64,000 nucleotides of DNA from Nitrososphaerales archaeon (lineage in GTDB: Archaea; Thermoproteota; Nitrososphaeria; Nitrososphaerales; JACPRH01), in contig JASLOE010000001.1 of assembly GCA_030745655.1 (NCBI GenBank), forward strand, positions 5,351-69,350, given 5' to 3'. Below are positions 48,337 to 58,133 of the stretch, in pieces. Positions within the stretch are counted from its first letter, which is position 1. Each line of letters begins with the position of its first letter. A program made the translations under genes and the position numbers. Under the pieces are notes generated by a model. The model searched no databases. It had not been told where the DNA came from and saw only the letters and a program-made list of their open reading frames with translations.

Positions 48337-49613
48337 AGCATCTCCCTTGGATCAGCTATTTCACCTTTTATTGCGGTCACGGCAGCTGTTGCAGGGGATG
48401 CAAGATATGTTCCAGATAATGGATTACCTGTTCTTCCTTTAAAGTTCCTGTTACTTGTTGTTAATATTCGATCATCATCAGCAGGAACTCCTCCAAGTGC
48501 ACCGAAGCATACTCCACATCCAGGCGGAGTAACTGTAGCACCAGATTCAATTAGAGTTTGAAGTGTCAAATCTTGAACTGCTAAAAGTAACGTTTCTCTA
48601 GAGGCAGGCGTTACTATGAGTTTCGTATTTGGGTTAACTTTTTTTCCTTTTAATATATCTGCTGCTATTCTAAGGTCTTCAATACGACCATTGGTACAGC
48701 TTCCTATGAAAACTTCCTGTATTTCTGTTCCCGCTGCTTCACTCACAGTTTTTATGTTGTCAACAGTGTCTGGAAAAGCGATTGTTGGTTCTATTTCAGA
48801 AGCATCAAACTTCAAGGTTTCTGTATATTCAGCTTTCTTGTCAGGCATTATTTTCTGAAAAAATTTGCCTCTTCCTCTGCTTTCAAGATATTTCTTTGTA
48901 GTTTCATCCGAAGAAATAAGTCCAACTTTTGCACCTGCTTCAACTGCCATATTTGACAGTGTTAATCTTTCATCCATACGCATATTATTGATTGTACTTC
49001 CACTAAACTCAAGAGCTTTGTATGTAGCACCTTCCATAGTTAACTTTCCAATAAAAGTAAGCATAGCATCTTTTGAATATACTCCAGTTGGTAAATCTCC
49101 ATCTAACTTTATCATTATAGTTTCTGGGACTCTCAACCAAGTTTTACCTAATCCAATAGCTACTGCTACATCTGTAGCACCCATTCCAGTTCCAAAAGCA
49201 GCTAAGGCACCTGCTGTTACGGTATGTGAATCTGTACCTATGATTATCTGCCCGGGACTGGCGTAATCCTCGGCTAATACTTGGTGACAAATTCCTCTTC
49301 CCGCTTCAGAAAATCGACTTCCTGTTTTTATGGCCCATTTTCGAAGTTTTTCTTGATTATTTGATATTGTCTTGTTTGGACTTGGGACTGCATGGTCTAT
49401 TATGATTATAGTTTTGTCAGGGTAAGCTGGTTTTTGAATACCCATTGTTCTTAACTGGTCTATTGTAAGTGGACCTGATGCATCGTGAGCAAACATATAA
49501 TCAACATCAGTTACAATTATCTCTCCTGCAGAAACATCTTTTCCCACCTTTCGACTTAAAATTTTCTCACTTAATGTCTTATTCAAAATCAGTTTCCCTA
49601 TCTGATGACGCAT
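48333..49613 (-). CDS. leuC: 3-isopropylmalate/homoaconitate hydratase large subunit
   Basis: GICHQ, DSHT, GSCTNGR, GCGVC, SNRNFKGR. Could be hacA. Confidence 0.88.
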   Translation of the reverse strand: MRHQIGKLILNKTLSEKILSRKVGKDVSAGEIIVTDVDYMFAHDASGPLTIDQLRTMGIQKPAYPDKTIIIIDHAVPSPNKTISNNQEKLRKWAIKTGSRFSEAGRGICHQVLAEDYASPGQIIIGTDSHTVTAGALAAFGTGMGATDVAVAIGLGKTWLRVPETIMIKLDGDLPTGVYSKDAMLTFIGKLTMEGATYKALEFSGSTINNMRMDERLTLSNMAVEAGAKVGLISSDETTKKYLESRGRGKFFQKIMPDKKAEYTETLKFDASEIEPTIAFPDTVDNIKTVSEAAGTEIQEVFIGSCTNGRIEDLRIAADILKGKKVNPNTKLIVTPASRETLLLAVQDLTLQTLIESGATVTPPGCGVCFGALGGVPADDDRILTTSNRNFKGRTGNPLSGTYLASPATAAVTAIKGEIADPREML

Positions 49614-49962
49614 TTAGTTTGGCTAATAAAGACTTTCTGCGCACTTATCTTTCACTGAATTAATTTAAATCCGAGCAGAATCAACTAAAGATAAATTTCT
49701 TCAGTAGGTGGATTAAAAAAACTTTTCCAAAAATAATTGAATATATCAATAATAAAAACCAAAAAAATTTGAAATAATAGACAAAAATATGAAATGAAAA
49801 CTATGCTTAAAACCCAAAAGAAAACATACCCGTATTCAGAAGGAGTTTATGGCCTACCAACGATATATGATGAAAAATATCTAAACTGATAAAACGATTG
49901 ATAACACAGAAAAAGCATAAAAGCCAAAGATCTTAAACAAAAAGAATTTCCGATTAATTTAA

Positions 49963-50184
49963 TCACCTCGCAATAAGCTTCTTGAAAGCACCTCTAAGAC
50001 GACCAAAAATAGGTGTAGGAGCACCACTAGATTTAGGAAATATATTCTTAATCACCATTATTTTACCGTCTGAAAATATCCAGACTGGTGACCCAATTGA
50101 AATACCTGAAGAATCCAAGATGGATTGAGGAATATTGATTACCCCCCTCTTACTTAGCCTTACTTTGAATTTTTTTGAAGGCAT
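49963..50184 (-). CDS. AbrB/MazE/SpoVT-like DNA-binding protein
   Basis: VRLSKRGVINIP...GISIGS swapped-hairpin pattern. Confidence 0.7.
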   Translation of the reverse strand: MPSKKFKVRLSKRGVINIPQSILDSSGISIGSPVWIFSDGKIMVIKNIFPKSSGAPTPIFGRLRGAFKKLIAR

Positions 50185-50342
50185 CTACGCTACCCACATA
50201 GTCAGCCCTTAGTAAACAATTTTATTTGTATCAAAAATATCCCTTAAATTGTAAGCTTAAGTAATGGATTAATCAGGCATAATACGAAGTGATTATGACT
50301 TCAACAAGCCTTAAAATGATAGGTGAAAGGTAGGCCACTATC

Positions 50343-50780
50343 ATGGTGAATAAGGAACAGTCAAAAAACCATCTTCAAACATATATTGGGCAAGATGGAA
50401 AAACCAAAAGCCCCAAACTTCTTCAGGGTCTAAAGAATTTCATTATAGATATAGATGGAGTAGTAAGCGAAGATATTCCAAATGAAGAATCTGAAAGGAT
50501 GATTAATGCAAAAGAAATAACTGGGTCCAAAGATAAGATAAACTCATGGTATGAAGAAGGACACATTATCACTTTCTTCACATCTAGATCAGAAGATCTC
50601 AGAGAAATAACGACTAAATGGCTAGATCAACATGAATTCAAATACCATAATTTATTATTTTGCAAACCAAGGGGTGGAAATTATCATTACATTGATAACA
50701 CTGAAATCAGAGCTACGAGATTTGATGGAAAATTTGGAAACTTAGTATACAAGAAAAGAGATATACAAGTTTTTGAATAA
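50343..50780 (+). CDS. Capless HAD-superfamily phosphatase-like protein
   Basis: IDIDG, FTSR, KPRG, IDN motifs. Confidence 0.8.
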   Translation: MVNKEQSKNHLQTYIGQDGKTKSPKLLQGLKNFIIDIDGVVSEDIPNEESERMINAKEITGSKDKINSWYEEGHIITFFTSRSEDLREITTKWLDQHEFKYHNLLFCKPRGGNYHYIDNTEIRATRFDGKFGNLVYKKRDIQVFE

Positions 50781-50886
50781 TGAATAAAAAAAATATTTAC
50801 AGAATCTAATAATCATAACTAACTCATAATCAAAGTTAAAGATTATCTCAAGATAGGTTTAAGGATTCTATTATGTAAGGGGCATT

Positions 50887-51669
50887 ATGGGAAAACTTGA
50901 AGGTCAAGTGGCAATTATTACTGGAGCATCCAGAGGAATTGGTCAAGCAATTGCTAAAACTTTTGGTGAAGAAGGTTCAGAGGTGATTGTAAATTATCTA
51001 AAGCAAAAAAAACAAGCAGAAAAAGTCGTTAAACAGATTCAAAAAAAAGGTGGAAAAGGGTCATCAATACAAGCCGATGTAGCTAACCAAACTTCTGTAG
51101 ATCAAATGGTAAAGCAAGTTATTGATAGATTTGGTAAATGCGACATACTTGTAAATAATGCAGGGATAATGTATCGTGCCAAACCTTTGAGTTTTATTGA
51201 CACAGAAACAGAAGCGATGTTGGAGACCAATGTTAAAGGGGTGATTAATTGCACAAAAGCAATAGCACCAGAAATGATTAAGAAAGGGTCAGGGAAGATA
51301 ATCAACATTTCTTCTATAGCAGGAGTGGGCATAGCTACTTTAGGAACAACAACTTATGCAGCTACCAAAGCTGCAGTCGATACTCTAACAAAGAGATTTG
51401 CATTAGAACTTGGTTCTTACGGAATTAATGTAAACGCCATAGCACCTGGAGTAGTGAAAACGGACCTTATTCTCAAAGGGATAGAACCTAGTAAAGTTGG
51501 TGATTTCATTAAATATTGTGAAGATGCAAGTATGTTGCATAGAATTGGAGAACCTCAAGATATTGCGAATGTAGCTTGCTTTTTGGCATCTGATAAATCC
51601 AGTTTCATGACGGGTCAAATCATCACAGTTGATGGAGGCCGAAAAGATTTCCTTTCCCATTCTCTTTAA
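50887..51669 (+). CDS. SDR family oxidoreductase (FabG-like)
   Basis: TGASRGIG, NNAG, YAATK, VNAIAPG, VDGG. Confidence 0.92.
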   Translation: MGKLEGQVAIITGASRGIGQAIAKTFGEEGSEVIVNYLKQKKQAEKVVKQIQKKGGKGSSIQADVANQTSVDQMVKQVIDRFGKCDILVNNAGIMYRAKPLSFIDTETEAMLETNVKGVINCTKAIAPEMIKKGSGKIINISSIAGVGIATLGTTTYAATKAAVDTLTKRFALELGSYGINVNAIAPGVVKTDLILKGIEPSKVGDFIKYCEDASMLHRIGEPQDIANVACFLASDKSSFMTGQIITVDGGRKDFLSHSL

Positions 51670-51790
51670 TTCACTTTAGACAGAATTGTTTCTTAACAGA
51701 ATTTTCACTATTGTAAATCTGTAAAAACAGATGATTACAATTCATAAAGAATCTACACAAATCTAATAAAACAAGATTGCGCTTATATAG

Positions 51791-52570
51791 ATGAATAGAT
51801 TAGCAGAAAAAAGTGTAGTTAGCATTATGGAGTACAAATTGAATAGTAAAGAGATTGCAGCTATGGGGGTTTTTACAGCTTTTGTTGCGGCAGCCACAAT
51901 GGTTGTGAATGCATATGTTGCTGCAACTGGAGGCTACTTTAATGTTGGAGAAATAATGGTGTATACATCCGCAATCCTCATGGGACCTTTTGTAGGTAGT
52001 TTTGCAGGGGGTGTAGGATCAATGATTGCAGATGTTTCTCTTGGTTACACAGTTTTCGCACCAGGCACACTTGTAATAAAAGGAATTGAAGGGTTCATAG
52101 TTGGTTATCTAGCTCAATATAGATTTAGGCCATCTTCGGAAAAAATATTGACAACACTATCTGTGGCTGCAGGATCAATCCTTGCATTATTAGTTTGGTG
52201 GGGAGGAACAGAATATTTCACAGGAAGTTTAGAGTTCACACTTGGAATTGCACCAAGTACCATAACGTGGATAATTACAATTCCTGCGATTTTCTGGGTT
52301 GTATTGGCAATATTGTCATTGACACTCACAGTGTCAGCAGGGTTATACCTAGACCCAAAAATAGGATGGCTTGTAATAGCTATACTCATAGGTGGTGTAG
52401 AAATGGTTGTTGGTTATTACATTTACGAGACAATGGTCCTTGGACATGTATTGGCATTCGCAGAAGTGTTTGTTAACATCGGTCAAGTTACAATTGGATT
52501 ATTAGTTGCCATCCCACTATCCCGAAGTATCAATAGAATAATGCCCAGAATAAGAAAAAATCACACTTAA
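51791..52570 (+). CDS. ECF transporter S component with extra TM insertion
   Basis: GGYFNVGE, GGVGSMIAD, PGTLVIKG, NIGQ; longer than a typical S component. Confidence 0.8.
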   Translation: MNRLAEKSVVSIMEYKLNSKEIAAMGVFTAFVAAATMVVNAYVAATGGYFNVGEIMVYTSAILMGPFVGSFAGGVGSMIADVSLGYTVFAPGTLVIKGIEGFIVGYLAQYRFRPSSEKILTTLSVAAGSILALLVWWGGTEYFTGSLEFTLGIAPSTITWIITIPAIFWVVLAILSLTLTVSAGLYLDPKIGWLVIAILIGGVEMVVGYYIYETMVLGHVLAFAEVFVNIGQVTIGLLVAIPLSRSINRIMPRIRKNHT

Positions 52571-52624
52571 ACGGTTGAGCCTAAATAGAAGCAATTTAAT
52601 CTATATTTTTGGTGAAAATAAGAT

Positions 52625-53635
52625 TTGAAGCTTCCATTAGGCAAAATACCTTATGACATACTTAAGAAGCATGTTTTGAAGTTCCAAGGATATACGTCTC
52701 CAGAAGTTCTTGTTGGCCCAAAGATTGGGGTTGATTTTGCAGTTGTAAATTTAGATGGTAGATATCTGATTATTTCCTCAGACCCAGTCACAGGAATTGA
52801 AGAAGATATTGGGTGGTATGCCGTCAATGTAAGTGCAAATGATGTTGCGACAAGTGGAACAAAACCAAGATTTTTAAATTCAGTAATTTTACTTCCTGAA
52901 AATTCAGATGAAACACAAGTTAAAAATATCTCAAAACAAATGGATAATGCCGCAAAAAACCTCCAAATGACTATAGTGGGAGGACACACCGAGATTACTC
53001 CTAACTTGAAACAACTAATAGTTGTAACAACAGCATTCGGCATAACTAATCAATATATAACAGCCGCAAATGCAGAAGATGGAGATTACATTTTAATGAC
53101 GAAAACAGCGGGAATAGAAGGAACATCTATACTTGCCAGAATATTCAAAGACCGGCTCAAATCAATAGATAGAAAAACAACACTAAGAGCTTCAGAGATG
53201 ATAAGCCAAATATCAATAGTGAAAGACGCTGCAATCCTATTTGGAACTGGAAAAGTTCATGCTATGCATGATTCAACTGAAGGCGGAATAATAGGTGGGG
53301 TACACGAAATGGCATTAGCATCCAATACTGGATTCAAACTAAACGAGAAAAGCATAGAAGTTGCAAAAGAAACAGATACTATCTGCAACATTCTTAAGAT
53401 AAATCCATCAAAATTATTAGGTTCAGGAAGTCTTTTGGCATCAGTTAAACCTGATGAAATTAATTCAGTAATAAATGAGTTAAGTAAACATAATATTAAA
53501 GGATCAGTAATAGGTAAATTTGGTGGAGAAAAAAAAGAGATAATAAAAAATAATGGTTTAACAGAAGAAGTTCAACATAATGTTATAGACGAAATCTGGA
53601 GGCTTGCAGCACTAGGAAGGTCTATGAATTCTTGA
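52625..53635 (+). CDS. AIR synthase (PurM/HypE/ThiL-like) family protein
   Basis: GPKIGVD, SDPVTG, NDVA, GGHTE, MHDSTEGG. Confidence 0.85.
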   Translation: MKLPLGKIPYDILKKHVLKFQGYTSPEVLVGPKIGVDFAVVNLDGRYLIISSDPVTGIEEDIGWYAVNVSANDVATSGTKPRFLNSVILLPENSDETQVKNISKQMDNAAKNLQMTIVGGHTEITPNLKQLIVVTTAFGITNQYITAANAEDGDYILMTKTAGIEGTSILARIFKDRLKSIDRKTTLRASEMISQISIVKDAAILFGTGKVHAMHDSTEGGIIGGVHEMALASNTGFKLNEKSIEVAKETDTICNILKINPSKLLGSGSLLASVKPDEINSVINELSKHNIKGSVIGKFGGEKKEIIKNNGLTEEVQHNVIDEIWRLAALGRSMNS

Positions 53636-55252
53636 TTTACGCCTATTCATAGCAGCAGATACAAGTCCTCTGAAAACCGGTTCTGGGAAACCTGGACGAC
53701 TTAAAAATTCAGGGTGATATTGAACTGCCACAAAGAATGGATGTGATGGAATCTCCAAGATCTCCATTCTTTTTCCATTATCACTACTTCCTGAGAAGAT
53801 CATACCATTAGTACGGAATTGATCAATATACTTCTGATTGAATTCATATCTATGGCGATGACGTTCCCTTATTTGTGAGCTGTTGTATAGTTTGTAGGCC
53901 AAGGTATCTTCTACAATATCAACATCGATACCACCAAGTCTCATTGTTGCACCCATATTCTTAATTCCTTTCTGCTCAGGAAGTAGATCTATAACGGGAT
54001 GAGGAGTCTTGGATTCAAGTTCACTTGAATTAGCTTCAGAAAGATTGCAAGCGTATCGTGCAAACGAAACAATTGCTAGCTGAAAACCAAAACATAATCC
54101 CAGGTATGGCATACCATTCTTTCGCGCAAAGTTTGCTGCAACCATTTTACCTTCACTACCTCTGGCCCCAAAACCTCCTGGAATAATCATTGCATCATAT
54201 TTTGAAAGGAGTCTAGTGGTACTGGCTCTCTTTTCAAATTTTTCAGCATCTACCCAATCAACTCGAGATGTGAAGCCCTTCTCTGCAGCAGCATGTTCAA
54301 GTGCTTCATTAACGCTAACATAACTATCGGCAAGGGATACATACTTACCCACCATAACGACAGACACTTCATCAATGGTGTTTAGAAAAGACATTGAGAT
54401 TTTTGGCCAAGAATCCCACCTTAAATTCCTTACACCAAGATTTAGATGTTCACAGATAGGATCAACTATTCCTTCAGATTCTAAAATCTGTGGAACAGCG
54501 TATATTGACTTTGCATCTTTATTGGAAATCACGTTACTTACCGGTATGTTTGCAAAAAGAGATATCTTTTCTTTTGACTCCTGGAGTAGTGAAGTTTGAC
54601 TTCTAATTACGAGAATATCTGGTTGAATACCAATTCTCCTTAGCTCTTGAACACTATGTTGGGTTGGCTTAGTTTTTTGTTCACCAACTGCGTCAAGTGT
54701 AGGTGCCAAAGTCACATGTACAAATAATGTGTTATGAAGACCTTCTTGATTCCGAATATGTCTAAAAGATTCTAAAAATGGAAGACCTTCTATATCTCCA
54801 ACGGTACCCCCACACTCAACAATCAAGACATCAACTTTAGATTTATTTGCTAAATCGATTATTTTTTTCTTAATTGTATCTGTAATATTTGGAATTATTT
54901 GAACACATCCACCTAGAAAATCACCTTTTCTTTCACGATTAATCACTTCTAAGTAAATCTGGCCAGTAGTAATATTGTGATCTGATGAAAGATTCTGATC
55001 CAGAAAACGTTCATATGTTCCCAAATCCATATCGGTTTCACCCCCATCATCAGTGACAAATACTTCTCCATGAATTAACGGATTCATTGTTCCAGCATCG
55101 ACATTAAGATAAGGATCTATCTTAGCACAAGTAACCTTAAGTCCTGTATGTTGAAGAAGCTTAGCAATAGAAGAAGATGTAACACCCTTTCCCAAGCCGG
55201 ACATAACGCCACCGGTTACAAAGATTATTTTTGGTTTTCTGGGTTCAGGCAC
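53612..55252 (-). CDS. pyrG: CTP synthase
   Basis: TGGVMSGLGKG, DPYLNVD, KTKPTQ, PGGFG, GLCFG, RHRHRYE, QYHPE. Confidence 0.97.
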   Translation of the reverse strand: MPEPRKPKIIFVTGGVMSGLGKGVTSSSIAKLLQHTGLKVTCAKIDPYLNVDAGTMNPLIHGEVFVTDDGGETDMDLGTYERFLDQNLSSDHNITTGQIYLEVINRERKGDFLGGCVQIIPNITDTIKKKIIDLANKSKVDVLIVECGGTVGDIEGLPFLESFRHIRNQEGLHNTLFVHVTLAPTLDAVGEQKTKPTQHSVQELRRIGIQPDILVIRSQTSLLQESKEKISLFANIPVSNVISNKDAKSIYAVPQILESEGIVDPICEHLNLGVRNLRWDSWPKISMSFLNTIDEVSVVMVGKYVSLADSYVSVNEALEHAAAEKGFTSRVDWVDAEKFEKRASTTRLLSKYDAMIIPGGFGARGSEGKMVAANFARKNGMPYLGLCFGFQLAIVSFARYACNLSEANSSELESKTPHPVIDLLPEQKGIKNMGATMRLGGIDVDIVEDTLAYKLYNSSQIRERHRHRYEFNQKYIDQFRTNGMIFSGSSDNGKRMEILEIPSHPFFVAVQYHPEFLSRPGFPEPVFRGLVSAAMNRRKSRIHRPS

Positions 55253-55437
55253 ACTTAACCAAGTAGATAGCAGATTATTAATCTTTCTAAGTTTTATTTA
55301 ACAAATTTTTAGATTTAGATGAAGTAATTTATCATATAATCCACAAGAGTTTGTGAAATATATTATATATCCACTACCCAGAATTAAGTATAACAACTGA
55401 ATAATTTATATAAAAAAGATATTAATTAATAACAATA

Positions 55438-56340
55438 ATGGAATCTATAGCTTACTCACCAGGACACATAACTGGAGTAGTTCAACCTTACGAATACCTT
55501 GATGACCCAATCAAATCCGGATCTAAGGGCATAGGTTTCTCGATTCAAAAAGGAGTAACAACACAAGTCAATATTTCACCATCTAAAATTAGTGAACTGA
55601 AAATAGAAATTAATAATCAAATAGCACATAATGCTGTAGTCTCTGAATATGTTGCAAAATCCTTTGCATCTAAAATAAACAGAAACCTAAAAATCAGAAT
55701 AAAACACCAAATTGATATTCCTACTGGATCTGGATTTGGAACTAGTGGAGCAGCTGCATTAAGTTTGGCACTAGCACTTAATCAGATTCTGGAGTTAGGA
55801 CTATCAAGAATTGAATCTGCAAAAGTGGCTCATATTGCCGAGGTAGTTTGTAAAACCGGACTTGGAACCGTATTAGCCGAGTTGAAGGGGGGTTTTGAGG
55901 TGAGAGAAAAACAAGGTGCACCAGGTATTGGTAAGATTTCCAAAATTCCATATAATGGAGATTATTGGATGGTGGCACTTGAACTTGGAACTCAATCTAC
56001 AGAGCTAATGCTTAAGGAACTAAGAAGAAAAAATGATCTAACCAAACTTGGTGAACAATATGTTATTCTTTTTCTTGCTAATCGATCAGTCAAGAATTTT
56101 TTAAACCTCTCAAAAAGATTTTCTCAATTGATCAATACACATCATAAACTAAAAAATGCTGCAAAGGAAGCAGAGGATAGAAATTTTGTTTGTGGAATTG
56201 CATTATTCGGAAATACATTGTTTTCTCTTGTAAGACAGAACGAAGTAAAGGAATTAAAGAGAGTTTTCGCTAAATATAAAGTACATAATGAGAATATAAT
56301 AGTAAGTCAAATCGAAAAAAGAGGTGCTAGATTACTTTGA
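55438..56340 (+). CDS. Pantoate kinase (GHMP family)
   Basis: PGHITG, PTGSGFGTSGA, HIAEV, TGLG; clustered with PPS and panB. Confidence 0.9.
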   Translation: MESIAYSPGHITGVVQPYEYLDDPIKSGSKGIGFSIQKGVTTQVNISPSKISELKIEINNQIAHNAVVSEYVAKSFASKINRNLKIRIKHQIDIPTGSGFGTSGAAALSLALALNQILELGLSRIESAKVAHIAEVVCKTGLGTVLAELKGGFEVREKQGAPGIGKISKIPYNGDYWMVALELGTQSTELMLKELRRKNDLTKLGEQYVILFLANRSVKNFLNLSKRFSQLINTHHKLKNAAKEAEDRNFVCGIALFGNTLFSLVRQNEVKELKRVFAKYKVHNENIIVSQIEKRGARLL

Positions 56341-57119
56341 CAAAAACAAAAATACCGAAAACACATCCTAGGGCAAAATCTCTGCAAGTACGAGAGAAAG
56401 TAAACGAAGGTTATTCTGAAGGAATAATGACAGAGCAGGGATTGATAGCTCACGGTCGTGGAGAAGCTTTTGATTATCTCCTAGGCGAAATAACAATTTC
56501 TGAGGCTGCTATAGCAATCAAAGTGGCAGCTGCTACACTTCTAATCGCTAAAAATCCCATCATTTCAGTTAATGGTAATGTTGCAACATTAACTCCTAAA
56601 GAAGTCGTAAAATTAGCAAAAAATGTAGGTGCAAAAATAGAAGTAAACCTTTTCCATCGAACTCTTGAGAGAGAAAAAGCAATAATGAAAAAATTGAAGT
56701 CTTTTGGCGCAAAAAATGTTCTTGGAATTGGGAAGGAAGCAGCTTTTGAGATGAATGGATTGGAGAGTTCTCGCAGATGGATGGACCCTAATGGCATAAT
56801 GATCTCAGACACTGTGTTAGTACCTCTTGAAGATGGAGATAGAACAGCAGAACTGAGAAAGGCAGGTAAAACAGTTATCACAATTGATCTTAACCCACTA
56901 TCTCGGACAGCCCAAACTGCTTCATTAACTATTGTGGATAATATTGTTAGGGCTATGCCACTTCTTCTTGAAGAAACAAAAAAATTAAAAAATATTGAAA
57001 ATGACATTCTCAAAGATATGATAAAAAGGTTTGACAATAAAGTCAATCTAGGTAAAAGTCTAAGTTATATCATAAAAAGGTTGGAAAAAGATTCAGTTAT
57101 CAGAGTTAATGCTCAATGA
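56337..57119 (+). CDS. 4-phosphopantoate--beta-alanine ligase (phosphopantothenate synthetase)
   Basis: HPRAKSL, AHGRGEAFDYLLGE, SVNGN, PLEDGDR, IDLNPLSRT. Confidence 0.95.
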   Translation: MTKTKIPKTHPRAKSLQVREKVNEGYSEGIMTEQGLIAHGRGEAFDYLLGEITISEAAIAIKVAAATLLIAKNPIISVNGNVATLTPKEVVKLAKNVGAKIEVNLFHRTLEREKAIMKKLKSFGAKNVLGIGKEAAFEMNGLESSRRWMDPNGIMISDTVLVPLEDGDRTAELRKAGKTVITIDLNPLSRTAQTASLTIVDNIVRAMPLLLEETKKLKNIENDILKDMIKRFDNKVNLGKSLSYIIKRLEKDSVIRVNAQ

Positions 57120-57973
57120 AAAAGATTAACATTGCAGAAATTCTTCGTATGAAAAATGAAGAGAGAAAAATTACATGCATAACGGCTTATGATTATACAT
57201 CAGCTGCCCTTGTAGGTAGGTCAGGAATTGACTTAATATTAGTAGGAGACTCAGCAAGCATGGTTGTACTTGGATACCAGACAACTATTCCAATAGGAAT
57301 AGATGAAATGATACTTTTCAGTAAGGCCGTTACAAGAGGAAATAAAGGATCTTTGATTGTAGGAGATATGCCATTTATGAGTTACCAAGCCAGTGATGAA
57401 GACGCAGTCAGAAATGGAGGAAAATTCGTTAAAGAAGGATGCGTAGATGCAGTTAAAATTGAAGGGGGAATAAAAATGAAAAGTAGAGTTGAAGCTCTAA
57501 CCCATGCTAAAATTCCCGTTATGGGTCATGTTGGTCTTATGCCTCAAACATCTCCATTATGGAGTGGATATAGAGTTCAAGGCAGAACAGACAAAACCGC
57601 AAAAGAGGTAATTAAGGACGCTATAGCAATTGAAGAAGCAGGTGCATTCTCTGTAGTATTAGAAATGGTCACTAGCGAAGTAGCGAAAATAATTACTGAG
57701 AAGCTAAGCATACCTACTATAGGAATAGGTTCAGGTCCAGATTGTGATGGACAGATAGTTGTGTTTCACGATATTCTTGGTTTATATGACAAGTTTACTC
57801 CAAAATTCATAAAAAAATATGCGAATTTAGGTGAAGATATACAGAAATCTCTCGAATCTTACCGAGATGAAGTTATTAATGGAAAATTTCCAGCTGAAGA
57901 AAATACATTCCACATGAAAGATCACAAGACTAATCCACCGTTGAAACGACGCATCATAAAGAATACTCGATAA
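57116..57973 (+). CDS. panB: Ketopantoate hydroxymethyltransferase
   Basis: TAYD, LVGDS, DMPF, VKIEGG, GHVGLMPQ, IGIGSG..DGQ. Confidence 0.97.
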   Translation: MKKINIAEILRMKNEERKITCITAYDYTSAALVGRSGIDLILVGDSASMVVLGYQTTIPIGIDEMILFSKAVTRGNKGSLIVGDMPFMSYQASDEDAVRNGGKFVKEGCVDAVKIEGGIKMKSRVEALTHAKIPVMGHVGLMPQTSPLWSGYRVQGRTDKTAKEVIKDAIAIEEAGAFSVVLEMVTSEVAKIITEKLSIPTIGIGSGPDCDGQIVVFHDILGLYDKFTPKFIKKYANLGEDIQKSLESYRDEVINGKFPAEENTFHMKDHKTNPPLKRRIIKNTR

Positions 57974-58133
57974 TTCACATCTTAATTGTTCGTTGCCCAA
58001 AATATTGGGAAAACAATACTTTAGATAGATAATTTATTTTTTCACCAAGCTTATAAATCCCTTTTTCATATGTTAATGCAAAATGGTTACTGCCTCTACC
58101 GAAACCATAAATCATTCTTTAATGTGATAATGT

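Noticed and set aside
49867..49889. C/D box-like ATGATGA-N12-CTGA
   Set aside because: No convincing C'/D pair follows and the guide is nearly all A/T. It probably arises by chance in AT-rich DNA.
49794..49889. 31-aa ORF MKTMLKTQKKTYPYSEGVYGLPTIYDEKYLN
   Set aside because: Too short, with no motif or supporting context.
49963..50184. AbrB-like gene as a toxin-antitoxin module
   Set aside because: No adjacent toxin ORF. The PIN gene at 25 kb is in its usual housekeeping position.
52625..53635. HypE hydrogenase maturation factor
   Set aside because: It lacks the C-terminal PRIC motif, and no hyp or hydrogenase genes are nearby.
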